The position numbers were made by a program, and so were the translations under genes. The notes under the pieces were generated by a model that saw nothing but the letters and a program-made list of their open reading frames with translations, made no database searches and was not told where the DNA came from. Shown here piece after piece: positions 59,641 to 64,000 of a DNA stretch of 64,000 nt (position 1 is its first letter; every line of letters starts with the position of its first letter). The DNA lies in the NCBI GenBank assembly GCA_034120015.1, contig JAXEIF010000007.1, positions 78,988 to 142,987 of the forward strand, written 5' to 3'. Source of the DNA: Spirochaetia bacterium. GTDB lineage: Bacteria; Spirochaetota; Spirochaetia; JAFGXN01.

Positions 59641-62226
59641 CTATTCGAACGCAGTCTGCTGCTTCCCGACTTTGTCCAAATCGGCCTCGGATTTGATGCC
59701 CGCACCGGAAAATGCCGGTCTGAATTCGTTTTCGAACATCCCTTTATCGGTAAACGGGAATTCGGGCGCCTGAGAACTGATAGTCACCGAAACAGGTTCC
59801 GGCATATAAATCCCCGGAAAATGAGGTTCCGCCGTTACGGTGACGGTCCCCGCCTCCGTTGTGGAGCGAACCAAGGCAACCGCTTCGCCCCAACGCAACG
59901 GAGCGGGATTGGCACCGACGGAACCGTCGTCAATCAACTGACCAGGACCTTCGACGCGGAATCTCACATAACCGGAGGACAACCGTTTCACCGTTCCGTC
60001 TTTATCCGTCAGATAAGCAACGACGGGAACAAAATCACCGCCGTCGGCTCGCAGGGGAATTCCCATATCATCGACTTTCAACATCAGTTTTTCGGCTCTG
60101 TACGCCGGCCGGATTTCGGTTTCGGCGACTTTCGTCCCGTTCACCCAACCTTCGGCTTTCATGGTCACCCGACCATACAAACCGTCCCGGGTCAATTCTT
60201 TCAACGCCATAAAATCAAATGCATTTTTGAAACAGACAGGCGGATGCGGCATTCCGATTCCGTCGGACTTGCATTTCAATGTCCCGACCGGTTTCTCTAA
60301 AAACGACAGTTTCACCTCATCACAATTGGAAACCACCCAAACATCTTTTCCGGAGAACGGCGTCATTTCATGAAGAATCTTCACAAACGGTTTTTCGCTG
60401 TTTTGTGCCTTAAACATGTAAAACGAATATTTCGGCTGCCGGAAGGCATCAAAAATACCGCCGTAAAACGGATCAGGATGATAACCGCGGTTGTGGTCGA
60501 ACGTATGCCAGAGGGCTCCTCCAATAAACTGCGGCGGGTTCAAAAAGAGCGTGTTGAAAGCCGTGTACTCGTAATCGGGGATCGAGTAATGCTTCATCTG
60601 TACCAGCTGGGGAGATTCGCCCCACTCCCGGAAAACCCGGCTCGGAGAATTATGACTTGTCCAGTCGTCGACATTATCACCCCACTCACGGTTAAAAATC
60701 GGCTGTTCTTCTTTTTTATAGGCCTCCCGAATCATCTCATCCGTTAAATTCTTTGTTTTGTAAAATCGGTTATTGTACGGGTGTTCGTAACAAACATCGA
60801 AACCGGAACTGCCGATTGCCGTTTTGTCGGCGACCGTGTAACATCCCGAAAAAGGGTATTCTTCGTGAACGACTTTGTGCGCTTTTTTGGCAAAAGAAAG
60901 CGGATAAAATGTCTCGTTCAAAACCGGTTCCCACATAAAAACGGACGGACGGTTGCGGTCTCTTCGGATCATGGCCCGAATATCGTTGACAACCTTCTTT
61001 CCGAAAGAGAGTTTCGGATTCCAGAATTGCCAGCCGGGTGTCGGGACGATTACAAACAATCCGAGTTCGTCGCAGGCATCCATAAAGGCAGGATCCATCG
61101 GATAGTGAGCCGCACGAACGATCTCCATTCCCGCATTTTTCATTTTGAGAGCGTCCCGATACTGTCCGGAATTGGGCAGAGCATTGCCGACATAAGCATA
61201 GTCCTGGTGCCGGTTTCCTCCGATTAATTTTCCGGGATACGGTTTTCCGTTGAGAATCAAGCCTTCTTTTGCCGTTATTTCGACGCGTCGAATTCCGCAG
61301 CGAATTTCGACTTTATCGACGACGGTATTACCGTCGGATACGGTGATTTGCATCAGTTCCAAATGGGGATAACGCGGCGACCACAGTTTCGGATTTTCGA
61401 TACGAAACTCCGTCCGAAATGTTTTTTTTGACTGCGGAAGAAGCGACAACGAACCGGAGCGGGTCAAACCGCAAAAATCTACGGTCAACACGGCTTCCGT
61501 TTTCGTTTTTTCATGGTTTGCAACCTCAACCGAAACAATCGCCATACAACCGTTTTGATCCCAACGGTCAAATGCGACAAACACACCGCCACCGGCAACT
61601 TCACCTGATGAAACCGCGTCCGTAATATGAAGTGAAGGCAGACAAATCAGATAAACATCGCGGTAAATACCGCCGAAATAGGAAAAATCGAGAGTCGACT
61701 GCTTTTTCCCGGGAGGATACGACGCATCGTCGCGGTTATCGGCTTTAACGGCCAGAAGAGCCTTTTCTCCGGGTGTCACATTATCGGAAATATCAATCCA
61801 AACAGGCAAATAGCCGCCCTCGTAATCGGCTATTTTTTTCCCGTTAAGATAATATTCGCTTTTTCCCATCACTCCTTCGAAATAAAGATAGTAACGTCTG
61901 CATCCGTCGACGGTGGGAACGGTAAACGACTTGCGGTACCACGCCTCTTCCTGCAGATTGACGCCGCCGCTTCCCTGTAACGGAACCAGATTCAACGTAT
62001 GAGGAAGATTGACGGGCTGCCAGTCGCTGTCGTCGTACGATACACTCGCGGCACCCGACGGATTTCCGTGAGAAAAACGCCACCCCGGGTTCATCGAAAA
62101 AACTTTCCGGGGAGAATCCCCGGGGACGAAGAACCCGGCAACAGACGAATCGGCATAAAGCCCCGAAACCGCTGTCGTCAGGACTGCGATCCAAACTGAA
62201 AACAGAAAAAAGATACGTTTTGTCAT
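59641..62226 (-). CDS. Secreted glycoside hydrolase family 2 enzyme (beta-galactosidase/beta-glucuronidase-like)
   Basis: A signal peptide is present (FSVWIAVLTTAVSGLYA). The GH2 N-terminal sugar-binding pattern is WRFSHGNP...YDDSDWQPVNLPHT. The TIM-barrel block is GNRHQDYAYVGNA...VRAAHYP...CDELGLFV. WEPVLNET carries the acid/base Glu. Confidence 0.85.
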   Translation of the reverse strand: MTKRIFFLFSVWIAVLTTAVSGLYADSSVAGFFVPGDSPRKVFSMNPGWRFSHGNPSGAASVSYDDSDWQPVNLPHTLNLVPLQGSGGVNLQEEAWYRKSFTVPTVDGCRRYYLYFEGVMGKSEYYLNGKKIADYEGGYLPVWIDISDNVTPGEKALLAVKADNRDDASYPPGKKQSTLDFSYFGGIYRDVYLICLPSLHITDAVSSGEVAGGGVFVAFDRWDQNGCMAIVSVEVANHEKTKTEAVLTVDFCGLTRSGSLSLLPQSKKTFRTEFRIENPKLWSPRYPHLELMQITVSDGNTVVDKVEIRCGIRRVEITAKEGLILNGKPYPGKLIGGNRHQDYAYVGNALPNSGQYRDALKMKNAGMEIVRAAHYPMDPAFMDACDELGLFVIVPTPGWQFWNPKLSFGKKVVNDIRAMIRRDRNRPSVFMWEPVLNETFYPLSFAKKAHKVVHEEYPFSGCYTVADKTAIGSSGFDVCYEHPYNNRFYKTKNLTDEMIREAYKKEEQPIFNREWGDNVDDWTSHNSPSRVFREWGESPQLVQMKHYSIPDYEYTAFNTLFLNPPQFIGGALWHTFDHNRGYHPDPFYGGIFDAFRQPKYSFYMFKAQNSEKPFVKILHEMTPFSGKDVWVVSNCDEVKLSFLEKPVGTLKCKSDGIGMPHPPVCFKNAFDFMALKELTRDGLYGRVTMKAEGWVNGTKVAETEIRPAYRAEKLMLKVDDMGIPLRADGGDFVPVVAYLTDKDGTVKRLSSGYVRFRVEGPGQLIDDGSVGANPAPLRWGEAVALVRSTTEAGTVTVTAEPHFPGIYMPEPVSVTISSQAPEFPFTDKGMFENEFRPAFSGAGIKSEADLDKVGKQQTAFE

Positions 62227-62247
62227 TTTTACCTCCGCATATTTCCC

Positions 62248-64000
62248 TTACCGCCCCGCAAGTTCCCGCTGAATGCGTTCAACCTCGGAGACGATCTCCA
62301 ACGGTGAATGATTATAAATATCCAAACTTTTTAACGAAGTCAAAGCAATTTCTTCGGGGGTAAAAAGATTTTTCTGAACAGGGACATCTTCTCCGTCTCC
62401 GCCATGCAATTCGGCATTTTTCTGTAATTCCTCCAGAATTTCTCCCGCACGAAGAACCACCGATGAAGGTAACCCCGCCAAACGGGCTACATGAATTCCG
62501 TACGAGCTGCCGCACGGGCCTTCTTTGACTTTTTTCAGGAAAGTAATTTCACCGCCGTTATCCGAAATCTGAAGAGAAAAATTTTTCATCGCAGGCGATT
62601 CGAGACGTGTCAGTTCGTGGAAATGGGTCGCAAAAACGGTTTTTATACGGCGAACCAGCAAATTCTCGCAAACGGCCTGCGCAATCGACAGTCCGTCGAC
62701 AGTCGCCGTTCCTCGCCCGATTTCGTCCATAATAATCAGACTGCGATCTCCGGCTCCGCGTAAAATATTGGCTGTCTCGTTCATTTCTACCAGAAAAGTC
62801 GACTCTCCGCGTGCCAGATGATCCGATGCACCGACACGACAGAAGATTTTATCGACCATACCGATTCGGGCAGAAGATGCAGGAACAAAACTGCCTGTCT
62901 GTGCCAACAGGACAATCAAGGCTGTCTGACGCAGATAGGTCGATTTACCGGCCATATTCGGCCCCGTAATCATTGCAAACGAAATTGTTTCGTTATCAAG
63001 ATGAAAATCGTTTGGCACAAAAGCTCCCGGAGGCAGCGCTTTCTCGACAACGGGATGACGTCCGTTCCGAATATCGATAACGGTACTGTCATCGACAGCG
63101 GGACAGACATAATTTCGCAACACCGCCGTATACCCCAAACTCTGAAAGGCATCCCAATCGGCAATCGAATCGGCAATACCGAACAGGTTATCACAGCGGT
63201 CGGCTACACGAACGCAGACTTCCCGAAACAAATCCTTTTCGAGGATCGATACCTGTTCTTCGGCACTGCGGATTTCCGATTCCAGTTTCATCAGCCGATC
63301 CGTTGTATAACGCTCCGCATTGGTCAGCGTTTGCCTGCGGATAAAATGAGAAGGCACCTTATCCTGATGACTTTTGGTCACTTCGAGGAAATAGCCGACC
63401 ACATTGTTCTCCCGAATCCGTAAATTGGGAATCTTCGACAGCTCTTTTTCTTCATCAAGATAACGACTCAAATATTCCTGTGCATGGTTTTTTAAAGAAC
63501 GCAAACGATCCAGTTCGGAAGAAAATCCGTCCCGAATCCAGCCGTCGTCAATATCCGCTCCCGGATCCTCTTCAACGGCTCTGTCAATCAAATCGGCTGT
63601 TTCCCCGGCGGTCTGCTTCAGTTCTTTCGAAACAACGAACAGCGCTTCGGTATCCCGATCGGTCAGCAGTTCGGCAAGAGAAAGAAAATTCATGAGCGAG
63701 ACTTTAACGGCAACCAGATCGCGTGCGACCGCTTTTCCCATTACGATACGCGAAACAAGTCTTTCCAGATCATAACAGCCGCGCAGCAGCTCCCGGAATG
63801 TTTCCGTCACATCCGGATGGGAAACAAAAAAAGCGACCCGGTTCAACCGCGAACGGATAGCTGTCAAATCTTTTAACGGATTGAGCACCCAACGGTGCAG
63901 ACGACGCTGTCCGGCAACCGATCGGGTATGATTCAATACGGAAAAAAGCGTAAAAGACTGTCCTCCGTCACGGGTGTTGACCGTCAGCTCCAAATTACGA
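62248..64000 (-). CDS. mutS: DNA mismatch repair protein MutS (C-terminal roughly 580 aa; the N-terminus lies beyond the right edge)
   Basis: The frame is open to position 64000. The Walker A motif ITGPNMAGKST, DEIGRGT, STFLVEM and the ATHFHEL block are all present. Confidence 0.95.
   Translation of the reverse strand, partial: RNLELTVNTRDGGQSFTLFSVLNHTRSVAGQRRLHRWVLNPLKDLTAIRSRLNRVAFFVSHPDVTETFRELLRGCYDLERLVSRIVMGKAVARDLVAVKVSLMNFLSLAELLTDRDTEALFVVSKELKQTAGETADLIDRAVEEDPGADIDDGWIRDGFSSELDRLRSLKNHAQEYLSRYLDEEKELSKIPNLRIRENNVVGYFLEVTKSHQDKVPSHFIRRQTLTNAERYTTDRLMKLESEIRSAEEQVSILEKDLFREVCVRVADRCDNLFGIADSIADWDAFQSLGYTAVLRNYVCPAVDDSTVIDIRNGRHPVVEKALPPGAFVPNDFHLDNETISFAMITGPNMAGKSTYLRQTALIVLLAQTGSFVPASSARIGMVDKIFCRVGASDHLARGESTFLVEMNETANILRGAGDRSLIIMDEIGRGTATVDGLSIAQAVCENLLVRRIKTVFATHFHELTRLESPAMKNFSLQISDNGGEITFLKKVKEGPCGSSYGIHVARLAGLPSSVVLRAGEILEELQKNAELHGGDGEDVPVQKNLFTPEEIALTSLKSLDIYNHSPLEIVSEVERIQRELAGR

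Overview
64-kb chromosomal segment that looks spirochaetal (Treponema-like). This taxon call is tentative and rests on three things: the rimP-nusA-infB-rbfA-truB-ribF-rpsO-pnp-dut synteny, relaxed spirochaete-style lipoboxes, and an RTPR-type class II ribonucleotide reductase. I call 48 protein-coding genes plus one decayed gene. All but two (rtpR and an SDR-family gene) lie on the minus strand. Packing is tight, with many 1-26-nt start/stop overlaps. Reading in the direction of transcription (high to low coordinates), the blocks are as follows. (1) mutS (partial), a secreted GH2 glycosidase, and yebC-ruvC-ruvA-ruvB-queA-mutY. (2) A 14.7-kb operon of seven consecutive lipoproteins (148 to 1197 aa) with its own promoter and terminator. 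They are built from repeated beta-sandwich, FN3-like and Ig-like modules and C-terminal jelly-roll domains. I recognise no enzyme, transporter or regulator among them, and this is the main candidate for an undescribed system. (3) A decayed cytoplasmic glycoside-hydrolase-like gene, then zupT and rpsU. (4) A DHOD-like gene, an acyltransferase, a lipoprotein, two TPR proteins and ychF. (5) A divergent SDR/RecQ pair, a small YD-repeat protein and rtpR. (6) marR-tolC-mfp-rnd, extended by a P-II-like gene and an OmpR-type regulator whose receiver lacks the phospho-acceptor Asp. (7) glyA, the rimP-to-dut translation/RNA block, two LptF/G permeases, tgt, murJ and a partial secreted protein. I found no rRNA, tRNA, CRISPR array, transposase or integrase. 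All family assignments come from reading motifs by eye, and none was checked against a database.
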